Shown piece by piece: positions 19,656 through 28,112 of a stretch of DNA of 64,000 bases (its first letter is position 1; the number at the start of each line of letters is the position of its first letter). The translations under genes were made by a program, and so were the position numbers. The DNA is taken from the NCBI GenBank assembly GCA_008080735.1, contig SHMW01000012.1, positions 20,998 through 84,997 on the forward strand, given 5' to 3'. The stretch is from Promethearchaeota archaeon (GTDB taxonomy: Archaea > Asgardarchaeota > Lokiarchaeia > Sigyniarchaeales > SOKP01). The notes under the pieces are model-generated. The model ran no database searches and was not told the DNA's origin. It saw only the letters and a list, made by a program, of their open reading frames with translations.

Positions 19656-21584
19656 CTATTCTATTGCTCTACTAATATATCTTAAGTGCCGATCTTTGAT
19701 ACCATAAAGAGAATAAACTAATCCATTAATTTTTTGTTGCCGTAAAGTCTGATTGGGCTTTTCCCGAGCAGGATTTAATAGAATTTGGATATTTTTACTT
19801 ATATCTTGGGCAATCGTTCTTTCAAATCTATTTTCGGCTATCTTGATAGGTAGGGATTTTATTTTTTCAATTAAAATACGCGGAAATAACTGCTTATACG
19901 ACCCAAACGACTTCAAAAAATAATAAGATAAAAGAGAGGAATTTATTAATCCAAGCAGATAAAAATTGTTAAATTCGGGCAGGGGGGACCTCAGAATCTT
20001 TAGATTATAGAAGCTTTGAGAGCATAAGGAGATATTAGGATCGTAGGCGGCACAAATAAGTCCATCTTGGCTAATTTGACGTATAATAATCCTCGCTTTA
20101 TAATTATCAAGATTTTTATACTGGATTCCTTTTTTTGTGATATTTATATTGGAATATTCGGTAATTCTATAACGTTTCATCGAATAAATATAGGGCAAAT
20201 ATTCAGATTTTTGTGCAGGTTTTGGAATCGAGTCTAAAATAATGCTCTCGATTGAATCGTCGCTAAATTTGGAACCGCAATCACTACAGACGGGTTTCTT
20301 AGTAGGTATTGGATAATATTTGTCGCAATTTCGACAATAAAAGATCTTTCCTTCCTTCGTAAGCTCAACTCCTCTATTTAACATTATCTCAAAATCTTCT
20401 TTTGAGTTAAGGATTTCAAGAGAAGCAAAATTAGAATTTAAATAGTCTATAATCTCAATATCCTTCTGATTTAAATTGATTAGGTATCGATAATTCCATT
20501 TTTGTAATTGGCTCTGGGGCAAAATATTAGTTTTTTCCCCCGCATCATTATGGAAATTAACCTCAATGGAATTGTTTTGTCTATTCTTCGAATTTTCTTC
20601 TCTTCTAAGAATTAGGATAAGATTTGAAACTATGCTATTTTCAAATTGGGAGCCAACAATATGAATCTTTTTGATTTCCGAAGTGTGGTAGATAAATTTC
20701 CTAATTACATGTCTGTTTGAAAGAGCTAATAATGAATCTGGAATAATATAACCCAATTTTCCACCATCTCGTAAATATTTGATCCCTAGTTCTAAAAAAA
20801 TTTGGTAATAATCATATTGTCCTGTGTTGGTCTCGAAATTATTAGACTGAATAATGTTTTTATGCTTTTGCGGAATATCTCTAATAAATAGGTAAGGAGG
20901 ATTTCCAACTACATACTCAAATTTCCTTGGAATTTCAACAAAATAATTATCAGTTATTAATCTGAGACTATTCAAGTTATAAACTTTAAATTGTGGGGGT
21001 GTGAAATCATTCAAATATGTTAACATCTGCCTATATAACTCAAATAATTGTAAATGGAAATTTATTTGGGCTAAAATACAGGCGGTGGGATTTATATCAA
21101 TTCCATAAATATTTTCTTTTATATCTTGAATAATCAGTTTTGTCTCTTCCAAACTTAACTCTGAAATTGCTTTTTTGTTGAAACGTTTCATATAAAAAGC
21201 GATTTTTCTTTGTATTGCAGTTATTAGAAAACTTCCTGAACCGCAACTTAGGTCTATTATTTTTTGATTTTCTATATTACTGTTCGGATGGAATCCACAC
21301 TCATCTAAAATAAATTCGACAAGTTTTTGAGGGGTATAGATTTCACCTTGCTTTTTTCTTTTAGAATACGAAACTTCTTTCTTGTAGATTATCCCAATAT
21401 CGTGAGGCTCATCATCTATGACTAATTTGGTTTCAGATGAATATAGATACTCTATAATTCTTTCAATGAGCGGGATATTTGCTTGATAATCCTTTATATT
21501 GGAGGATTTTCGATAATTTCGAATGATTTTAGGGATAATATCTTCCTCACATAAGTAAATAATTGCTTCGCGTATATTCATCAT
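19656..21584 (-). CDS. N6-adenine DNA methyltransferase (TaqI/Eco57I-like, gamma class)
   Basis: GEIYTP, DLSCGSGSFL, GIDIN, VGNPPY, TaqI-C-like tail LLGLINS. Confidence 0.92.
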   Translation of the reverse strand: MMNIREAIIYLCEEDIIPKIIRNYRKSSNIKDYQANIPLIERIIEYLYSSETKLVIDDEPHDIGIIYKKEVSYSKRKKQGEIYTPQKLVEFILDECGFHPNSNIENQKIIDLSCGSGSFLITAIQRKIAFYMKRFNKKAISELSLEETKLIIQDIKENIYGIDINPTACILAQINFHLQLFELYRQMLTYLNDFTPPQFKVYNLNSLRLITDNYFVEIPRKFEYVVGNPPYLFIRDIPQKHKNIIQSNNFETNTGQYDYYQIFLELGIKYLRDGGKLGYIIPDSLLALSNRHVIRKFIYHTSEIKKIHIVGSQFENSIVSNLILILRREENSKNRQNNSIEVNFHNDAGEKTNILPQSQLQKWNYRYLINLNQKDIEIIDYLNSNFASLEILNSKEDFEIMLNRGVELTKEGKIFYCRNCDKYYPIPTKKPVCSDCGSKFSDDSIESIILDSIPKPAQKSEYLPYIYSMKRYRITEYSNINITKKGIQYKNLDNYKARIIIRQISQDGLICAAYDPNISLCSQSFYNLKILRSPLPEFNNFYLLGLINSSLLSYYFLKSFGSYKQLFPRILIEKIKSLPIKIAENRFERTIAQDISKNIQILLNPAREKPNQTLRQQKINGLVYSLYGIKDRHLRYISRAIE

Positions 21585-21789
21585 TAATTCGAGATACTTT
21601 TGAAATAAACCATTAATCTATTAATTTTTCTCTCATTTTACATAATAAAGAATAAATTGTTCTTTAACTAATATTTAATCTAGCGACTCATCCAATCGAG
21701 GAAAAGAATATTTTTAATATATAAGAATATATTATCTTTGTCTAAGAATATTTTTTCCAAACAAACAATTTGTCGAGATAATCAGTTCA

Positions 21790-22896
21790 ATGATATTAAA
21801 TATTGTTTTAATCTCCATAGCTTGTGTCTTTTCAATCATTGGTTTAGTTTATCTCATACAAAATAGAGAAAAATACGTAATTGACAATACTGAAAAAATA
21901 TACATCTCATTATATTTAAGTTCAGAGACCTTATTCTTCATCTTTTTGAATTTGTCTTTCATAAGCGTGTTTCCAATCCGGGCGGTATTTATTTTCTGGA
22001 AGGTTTCAATTATGCTTAGAATTTTTAAGGTTGCATTTCTCAGTTCAATACATATCTATGTATTATTTAAAAATTATGTAAAATTTTTGCCCGCATTTAT
22101 ATACTCTTTTTTAGGAGGGATTATTGCGAGTTATTTGATTGTAGGAAATTGGTTTGATATTAATATCACGCAAGGACAATATCTTTTTACACTCAATAAC
22201 AATATTTTTTTTCTCTTGTTAATCTTCTTCTATATCTCAATTATCTTTTCCACGATTTTGGGTCAGATGAGAGGTGCTTCAAATATAAGCTTTAAAAAGA
22301 CCACTAATCTCGTCAGTATTATTCTATTTCACTTTTCCATCAATACATTAGTATATCTAACTTTCTTGACATTTCCTTCTACATATTTACGGTTTTTGTT
22401 TTCACTATTATTCTTAAGTTTCTTAGGTGTGTCAGTCTTCATTACCATTAAGGAATTTGATTTATTTGTAGTAGTAACAAATAAGATCTATGATTTTGTA
22501 ATCTTTCACAGATCTGGCGTATTATTGTTCTCATATAATTTTGAGGAAAATAAAGAAATTGATGATTCCCTATTGAAGGGGTCAATATTAATCGGTATTA
22601 ATCATATTCTTTCGAATTTTATTAACAAGAAAAGCAAATTAAATATTATTAAAATGAAAGAACGAGATATCATCTTTGAGTACGATGATAATTTTGGTTA
22701 TGCAATCTTAGTAATAGTCAGCCATCGCAATAAAATAGTAGAGAAGGCAGTAAACTTGTTTATGAAGGACTTTACAGAACATAATGGACAAATATTAGAA
22801 AAAATCAATAAACAGGCTCAATTAATAGATGTTTCGGCATTTAAAAATTCAAAAAAAATAATAGAACGATATTTTAAACCATATCTCACCATATAA
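21790..22896 (+). CDS. 7TM membrane protein with C-terminal longin-like domain
   Basis: 7 hydrophobic helices, then IFHRSGVLLFSY..LIGINHILSNF..IIFEY..GYAILVI. Confidence 0.75.
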   Translation: MILNIVLISIACVFSIIGLVYLIQNREKYVIDNTEKIYISLYLSSETLFFIFLNLSFISVFPIRAVFIFWKVSIMLRIFKVAFLSSIHIYVLFKNYVKFLPAFIYSFLGGIIASYLIVGNWFDINITQGQYLFTLNNNIFFLLLIFFYISIIFSTILGQMRGASNISFKKTTNLVSIILFHFSINTLVYLTFLTFPSTYLRFLFSLLFLSFLGVSVFITIKEFDLFVVVTNKIYDFVIFHRSGVLLFSYNFEENKEIDDSLLKGSILIGINHILSNFINKKSKLNIIKMKERDIIFEYDDNFGYAILVIVSHRNKIVEKAVNLFMKDFTEHNGQILEKINKQAQLIDVSAFKNSKKIIERYFKPYLTI

Positions 22897-22998
22897 AGTT
22901 TAATGGAACAGGTGTTAATTTAACAAAGTAAGGAATTTCATAAAAAATAACTTCTGTATAAATATATAAGCAATCAAGAGTTTAAGAATATTTAAAAG

Positions 22999-24117
22999 AT
23001 GTCTAATGGTGTAGTGATTTTATTCCTTATTGGATTAATTATATCTATCTCGATTAGTATCATTACATTGATCTATATAGCTTTTAATCGAGATAAATAT
23101 GGTATCAATACAATTCCATATTTGAATTCTCTTTCAATCAGTTTTATTGGAATAATATTTTCCTTATTTTTCTTTCTCTCTACCCAACTATTCTTTTCAG
23201 AGCCAGTAAATTTATTCCTATTCTATATAATGCTGATTTTTGAATGCATCTCCCTCCTAATTTATTGTCTAGCATTCAGTTTTTTAAGAAAATTTGGTCA
23301 TTTTCCTGTCTATATTTTTTTGATATTTATTGTCCTACTTAGTCTTTTAATAGGGATTTTAAATACCCCTCAGTCTATAGCCATAGAAATAAATATACTT
23401 CCTCAAATTAATTATTCAATAGCAATCCTTCCAAAGGTCTTAATTATAATTCTGAATATTTCTGGACTTTTTTATATCTATTATAAAACATATCAAATAT
23501 GGAAAGTTACTGATTATACATATTTCTTCTATAGGTTGATAGTATATCTTGGTATTTTATCAATTTCGATACTTATTTATTGTTTTTCCATTACTTTTGA
23601 TTCCTGGCTTTTAATTGATACATTCATTCTTTTCTTTTGGACATCTTTTGGGATGAAATGTTATATGGCAATATATTATCCAAAAATGTTTATTGCTTTA
23701 ACTAATAAGATCTATTTTATAAATATCTATCATAAAACAGGTGTGTTGCTGTATTCTTACCAATTCGAAAAGTCTGTTCCTCAAGAAGGGGACTCCTCTA
23801 TTTGGGGTAATATACTTATTGGACTCAATCATATTCTCTCTGAATTTATAAATAAAGATGATCAGATTGATGTATTACAAACTAAAAACGCAGAAATTGT
23901 TGTAAACTATAATAATGACTATGGGTTTGCTGTCCTCGTTATTACTAATCAAAGGAATTCACTTATAGAAAAAAATATGCGGGAATTAACTCAAGAGTTC
24001 GAAAAACGATATCAAAAAGAACTTTCTGAACTTTTAGATATTAACAGAATTATAAACGTTTCTGATTTTGAAGATGCGGATAGAATTATTGAAGAAAACT
24101 TTCAGCTTTTCTTATAA
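22999..24117 (+). CDS. 7TM membrane protein with C-terminal longin-like domain (paralog)
   Basis: Same architecture: IYHKTGVLLYSY..LIGLNHILSEF..IVVNY..GFAVLVI. Confidence 0.75.
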   Translation: MSNGVVILFLIGLIISISISIITLIYIAFNRDKYGINTIPYLNSLSISFIGIIFSLFFFLSTQLFFSEPVNLFLFYIMLIFECISLLIYCLAFSFLRKFGHFPVYIFLIFIVLLSLLIGILNTPQSIAIEINILPQINYSIAILPKVLIIILNISGLFYIYYKTYQIWKVTDYTYFFYRLIVYLGILSISILIYCFSITFDSWLLIDTFILFFWTSFGMKCYMAIYYPKMFIALTNKIYFINIYHKTGVLLYSYQFEKSVPQEGDSSIWGNILIGLNHILSEFINKDDQIDVLQTKNAEIVVNYNNDYGFAVLVITNQRNSLIEKNMRELTQEFEKRYQKELSELLDINRIINVSDFEDADRIIEENFQLFL

Positions 24118-24144
24118 GAATTATCACATTTCTGAAAAAGGTTT

Positions 24145-25743
24145 TTACCAATTTTCCTTATTTTTGAGTAATTTATAGATATAAGAATCCACCAATGCGT
24201 CCCAAGAAGCTACTATGATATTTCCATGAGCTCCAATGGTACCCCACGAGTCTTGCTTATCATAGGTCTCAGCCAATACTCGGACCTTTGATGCAGTACC
24301 CGCTTGATTAATAATTCTTACCTTGAAATCGCTCAATTTTATCTCCTTGATACTCGGGTAGAAATATACTAGCGCTTTTTTCAGAGCATTATCTAAAGCA
24401 TTCACGGGGCCGTTACCCTCTGCTGCGGTATGATACTCCTGTCCTTCCACCTTAACTTTGATTGTCGCCTCAGAAATTAAATTATCCTTATACATTTCTG
24501 TTAATACTCGAAATCCTTCTAATTCAAAGAATTTTTTACGATAATAATTAGGATCTTGAATGTTCATATCCATCCCTCTCATTAAAATTTCTAATGTCCC
24601 TTCTGCGCCTTCAAAAGAATACCCTTGATTTTCTTTTTCTTTAATGACCCTCAAAATCGCATTAACCTTTGGATTCGTCTCAGTAAGGGGAATATTAAAC
24701 TTCTCTGCCATATGGAGGATTGAGCTTTTTCCTGCCAATTCAGAGACTTTAATATTTCTATTGTTGCCAATTAATTCGGGATTGATGTGTTCGTAGGTTT
24801 TTAAGTTTTTTAACATAGCTGAGATGTGGACTCCGCCTTTATGGGAGAAGGCATTTTTTCCCACGAAGGGTTGGTCAGGTTGACCGGGAAGGTTTGCCAT
24901 CTCATAGATAAAATGAGATACCTCTGTAAGATTTTTGAGTTTATTCTCATCAATACAATCAACTTCCATTTTTAGTTTGAGAATAGGAATTATCGCAGTT
25001 AGATCTGTATTCCCACACCGTTCTCCAAAACCATTCATCGTTCCTTGGATTAGATCGACGCCTTCTCTCCATGCTTCAAGAGCGATTGCATTCGCAAGTC
25101 CTGAATCATTATGAGCATGAATCCCAAGGACCGTGTTTTTTATTTTCTCCTTAACATCATTCACAATCTCGCGTAATTCATAAGGTAAAATCCCTCCATT
25201 CGTATCACATAAAACAATCCATTTAGCTCCCGCGTCTCTAGCAGCTTCTAGACATTGTATTGCATATTGCTTATTGTTCTTATATCCGTCAAAAAAATGT
25301 TCCGCATCAAACATTACCTCAATTTCGTTTTCGATTAAATAGGAAATCGTGTCAGAAATCATGTTAAGGTTTTCTTCCAAAGTCGTTTCCAAAGCATCTT
25401 TGACATGTAAATCCCAAGTTTTTCCAAAAATCGTTGCATAATCTGTCCCCGTTTCGATGATTGCTTTAATACTATTATCTGCTTGAACCTTAGAACTCTT
25501 TCGTCTCGTGGCTCCAAATGGGAATATCTTTACATTTGTAAATTCCCTTTGGTTGATCCTCTGGAAAAATTCGATATCTTTCGGATTTGAACCCGGCCAC
25601 CCTGCTTCAATCATCGAGATACCGAGATCATTTATTATCCTTTCTAAGATTCTTAATTTATCTTCCATTGAGAAGGCGATCCCTGTTTTTTGACACCCTT
25701 CCCGTAATGTTGTATCATAGATAAGAGCTTCTCTTTTTTCCAT
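24145..25743 (-). CDS. cimA: citramalate synthase
   Basis: YDTTLREG, EAGWPGSNPKD, GKTWDLHV, FDAEHFFDGYK, LCDTNGG, HAHND, HKGGVH, GNGPVNALD. Confidence 0.93.
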   Translation of the reverse strand: MEKREALIYDTTLREGCQKTGIAFSMEDKLRILERIINDLGISMIEAGWPGSNPKDIEFFQRINQREFTNVKIFPFGATRRKSSKVQADNSIKAIIETGTDYATIFGKTWDLHVKDALETTLEENLNMISDTISYLIENEIEVMFDAEHFFDGYKNNKQYAIQCLEAARDAGAKWIVLCDTNGGILPYELREIVNDVKEKIKNTVLGIHAHNDSGLANAIALEAWREGVDLIQGTMNGFGERCGNTDLTAIIPILKLKMEVDCIDENKLKNLTEVSHFIYEMANLPGQPDQPFVGKNAFSHKGGVHISAMLKNLKTYEHINPELIGNNRNIKVSELAGKSSILHMAEKFNIPLTETNPKVNAILRVIKEKENQGYSFEGAEGTLEILMRGMDMNIQDPNYYRKKFFELEGFRVLTEMYKDNLISEATIKVKVEGQEYHTAAEGNGPVNALDNALKKALVYFYPSIKEIKLSDFKVRIINQAGTASKVRVLAETYDKQDSWGTIGAHGNIIVASWDALVDSYIYKLLKNKENW

Positions 25744-25796
25744 TGTTCTCTTTTTTTGAATTATTTAATTGATATAAATTTTTTACAGAAATTTTA

Positions 25797-25836
25797 AACA
25801 ATAAGAATCGAACAGAAAAGAAAAGTCGAAAAAGAG
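25797..25836 (-). terminator. U-rich tract between the leader peptide and cimA (candidate conditional terminator)
   Basis: Minus strand CTCTTTTTCGACTTTTCTTTTCTGTTCGATTCTTATTGTT, about 20 nt after the leader stop. Confidence 0.5.
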
Positions 25837-25857
25837 TTTAAAATTTCTTTTATGAAA

Positions 25858-25914
25858 TTAAATAATCCCAATAATAATAATAAATGATTCCTTTGGAATT
25901 ATTTTATGTTTCAT
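25858..25914 (-). CDS. Ile-rich leader peptide MKHKIIPKESFIIIIGII
   Basis: ATG..TAA; 8 of 18 codons are Ile, 6 of the last 7 are ATT; 114 nt upstream of cimA. Confidence 0.75.
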   Translation of the reverse strand: MKHKIIPKESFIIIIGII

Positions 25915-25938
25915 AGTTATTAAAGAAAAAGAACCTTT

Positions 25939-25956
25939 TCTTTAAATTTTTTTCTA
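25939..25956 (-). promoter_or_regulatory. BRE/TATA promoter of the cimA leader transcript
   Basis: AGAAAAAAA-TTTAAA ending 26 nt before the leader ATG. Confidence 0.5.
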
Positions 25957-26059
25957 GGACTAAAATTGTTAATTTTAGATGCATTTTTAAATGCATAAAA
26001 ATCTTTAAACGGAAAAAACTTCATTAAATAATTAGAATAGCGAAAATTATTTCTAAAAA

Positions 26060-26659
26060 ATGAGTCCATTAAAGTACTGCCCGAAATGTGGCTCGGAGAT
26101 TGAAGACCCCGATCAAAAGTTCTGTAAAACTTGTGGAGCAGATTTGAAAGCTAGAGAAGCCCAAGAGACACCATCTCCCATGAGAATTGAACGAAAGGTA
26201 GAGCCTGCCGTCAAATTGCAGCCCGAATATGGTGGTTTTTGGGAACGCTTTGCAGCATTTATCATTGATTTTATTATTTTAAGGATAATTTCTGAGATCA
26301 TTCTCTCTTTGATTAATTTACCACTATTGCTGGCAGATCCCGTCGGATATTTGTTAGACGTACGACTAATTTTTAATAGAAATCTGTTTGATTGGGGTAT
26401 TGGTTTCCTATATTTCTGGATTTTGGAAGCGTATAATCAAGGACAGACTTTAGGAAAAATGGCGCTTCATTTACGCACTGTTGATGAGGATACTTTAGAA
26501 GTTGCTAAGCCTGTGAATTATGCTGTAAATAACCTCGCAAAACCGTCTTTATTCCTAATCCTAGATCTAATTATCGGATTCTTGGTAAGCGAAGGTGATC
26601 TCAAAAATAGATTCAGGGTACTCCAAGATCTTTCCCATACCGTAGTCATTAAAGAATAA
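26060..26659 (+). CDS. zinc-ribbon + RDD family membrane protein
   Basis: CPKCG..FCKTCG; FWERFAAFIID, GQTLGKM. Confidence 0.9.
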   Translation: MSPLKYCPKCGSEIEDPDQKFCKTCGADLKAREAQETPSPMRIERKVEPAVKLQPEYGGFWERFAAFIIDFIILRIISEIILSLINLPLLLADPVGYLLDVRLIFNRNLFDWGIGFLYFWILEAYNQGQTLGKMALHLRTVDEDTLEVAKPVNYAVNNLAKPSLFLILDLIIGFLVSEGDLKNRFRVLQDLSHTVVIKE

Positions 26660-26799
26660 AATTACTAATATCTTTTTTCCTTCTAATCTATTTTAATTTC
26701 TTTCATTTTTGATCATTATATTCGAGAAAATTATTTAAATACGAATTTCCTTAAGCTTAATGATAACAAATAATATTTAAAAAATAGGAGGGGTTTTTT

Positions 26800-27015
26800 A
26801 TAGAAAACCAAAAAATTATTGAGGATACAGAATGGGCGAATGATTGGAAAATTATAGTGGATATTTTTGATCTAATAGACCAATTTAAACATAAATTTGA
26901 GCAATTAGACGTGTCGTATCTTCGGGAGTTGCAGCAAGAGATTATAATCTTAAATCTCGAAAAATATGCGTGGTCTTTACAGAATTATATAGTTGAAAAA
27001 TATTCAGAAAAATAA
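26800..27015 (+). CDS. small hypothetical protein (71 aa) with ATA start, missed by the track
   Basis: SD AGGAGG at 26786-26791, ATA at 26800, in-frame TAG at 26785 excludes an upstream ATG; ENQKIIEDTEWANDWK...YSEK*. Confidence 0.7.
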   Translation: MENQKIIEDTEWANDWKIIVDIFDLIDQFKHKFEQLDVSYLRELQQEIIILNLEKYAWSLQNYIVEKYSEK

Positions 27016-27026
27016 TATACAATAAT

Positions 27027-27803
27027 TTATCTTATCTCTCTCTTCTTCTTTTTAGGTTTTTCTTCATCCAACTCTTTTTCCAGGTCAGATTCTTGAATTA
27101 TTTTTGCTTTTCCATCTTTTTCTTTAAGCAACTCTGTGAGAATCACATTATTAAAGGAGAATAACATTCTGGGGATATAACCCGCCGCCAAATAGCTTCC
27201 GTCTTCGATATCACTTTCTAAAGGGAACAATTGCTTTTCTTTTATCGTGCTTCCCATATAGTCTCTATCATACTCTTTGTAGCCATAAATCTTGTTTTTA
27301 ACGATAACCATCTTTCGTTCAAAGCCTTCGGGGAGTCCAGCTTTTTCTAACACTAATAATATCTTTTCTCGTGAAAGAGAATCAAGTAGTTCAATATCTT
27401 CTTGGCTACCTTCATATGAGGGACCTTCTTGAATTGTTTCATAGTCGATTTCCTCCTCGAGACCAACCATTATTTTAAACGCCATTGTTTCATCACCTTC
27501 ATCCACTGCAGTAATCTTGTAAGAGATCCCATGCTCGTCTCGTACTTTCGGGGCGATTTTTGCTGCGATAAACTTCATTCTGGTGGTAACATTATTTCCA
27601 TGCCACACCCACACCCTATATCGCTTCGGGTCTACAAAAAGAAGTACAAAATCAGAATCAAGAAGTTCGTATAGCTCTAAATCTTCATCAAACTGAAGTT
27701 CTTGAAATTCTTGGAGTTCATCATTAAATTGGAATACAATTGGTTCTTCTTCCTCAATTTCGGGAATCTGACCTTTCTCACTGTTTTCTCTTTGATTGGA
27801 CAT
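27027..27803 (-). CDS. gelsolin-homology domain protein
   Basis: LDSDFVLLFVD....VWVWHG......KFIA......VDEGDET..F matches the gelsolin repeat signature. Confidence 0.75.
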   Translation of the reverse strand: MSNQRENSEKGQIPEIEEEEPIVFQFNDELQEFQELQFDEDLELYELLDSDFVLLFVDPKRYRVWVWHGNNVTTRMKFIAAKIAPKVRDEHGISYKITAVDEGDETMAFKIMVGLEEEIDYETIQEGPSYEGSQEDIELLDSLSREKILLVLEKAGLPEGFERKMVIVKNKIYGYKEYDRDYMGSTIKEKQLFPLESDIEDGSYLAAGYIPRMLFSFNNVILTELLKEKDGKAKIIQESDLEKELDEEKPKKKKREIR

Positions 27804-27911
27804 CGTTACGTATTATTTGTTTCTTGCACATTTAATATTAATCTTGTATAAAATAATTTACTCTTCACATTAATCGCATAATTCTCAACTTCACCCATTA
27901 GAAAAATTGAG

Positions 27912-27996
27912 TGCGGGAAGGGAGATTTGAACTCCCGAACCCCTACGGGACTGGATTCTGAGTCCAGCGCCTTTGGCCAAACTTGGCGATTCCCGC
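27912..27996 (-). tRNA. tRNA-Leu(CAG)
   Basis: Acceptor GCGGGAA/TTCCCGC+A, anticodon arm CTGGA-CTCAGAA-TCCAG, long variable arm, GTTCAAATC; no intron, CCA not encoded. Confidence 0.97.
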
Positions 27997-28112
27997 GTGA
28001 TTATAATATCTTTTCGATATGATTAGGTAATTAATATTTAAACTCCTAAAAAAAGCTTAGTAGTTATAGAATTCAGTGAAATTATGATCTAGTATTTTTA
28101 GATGGATATATT

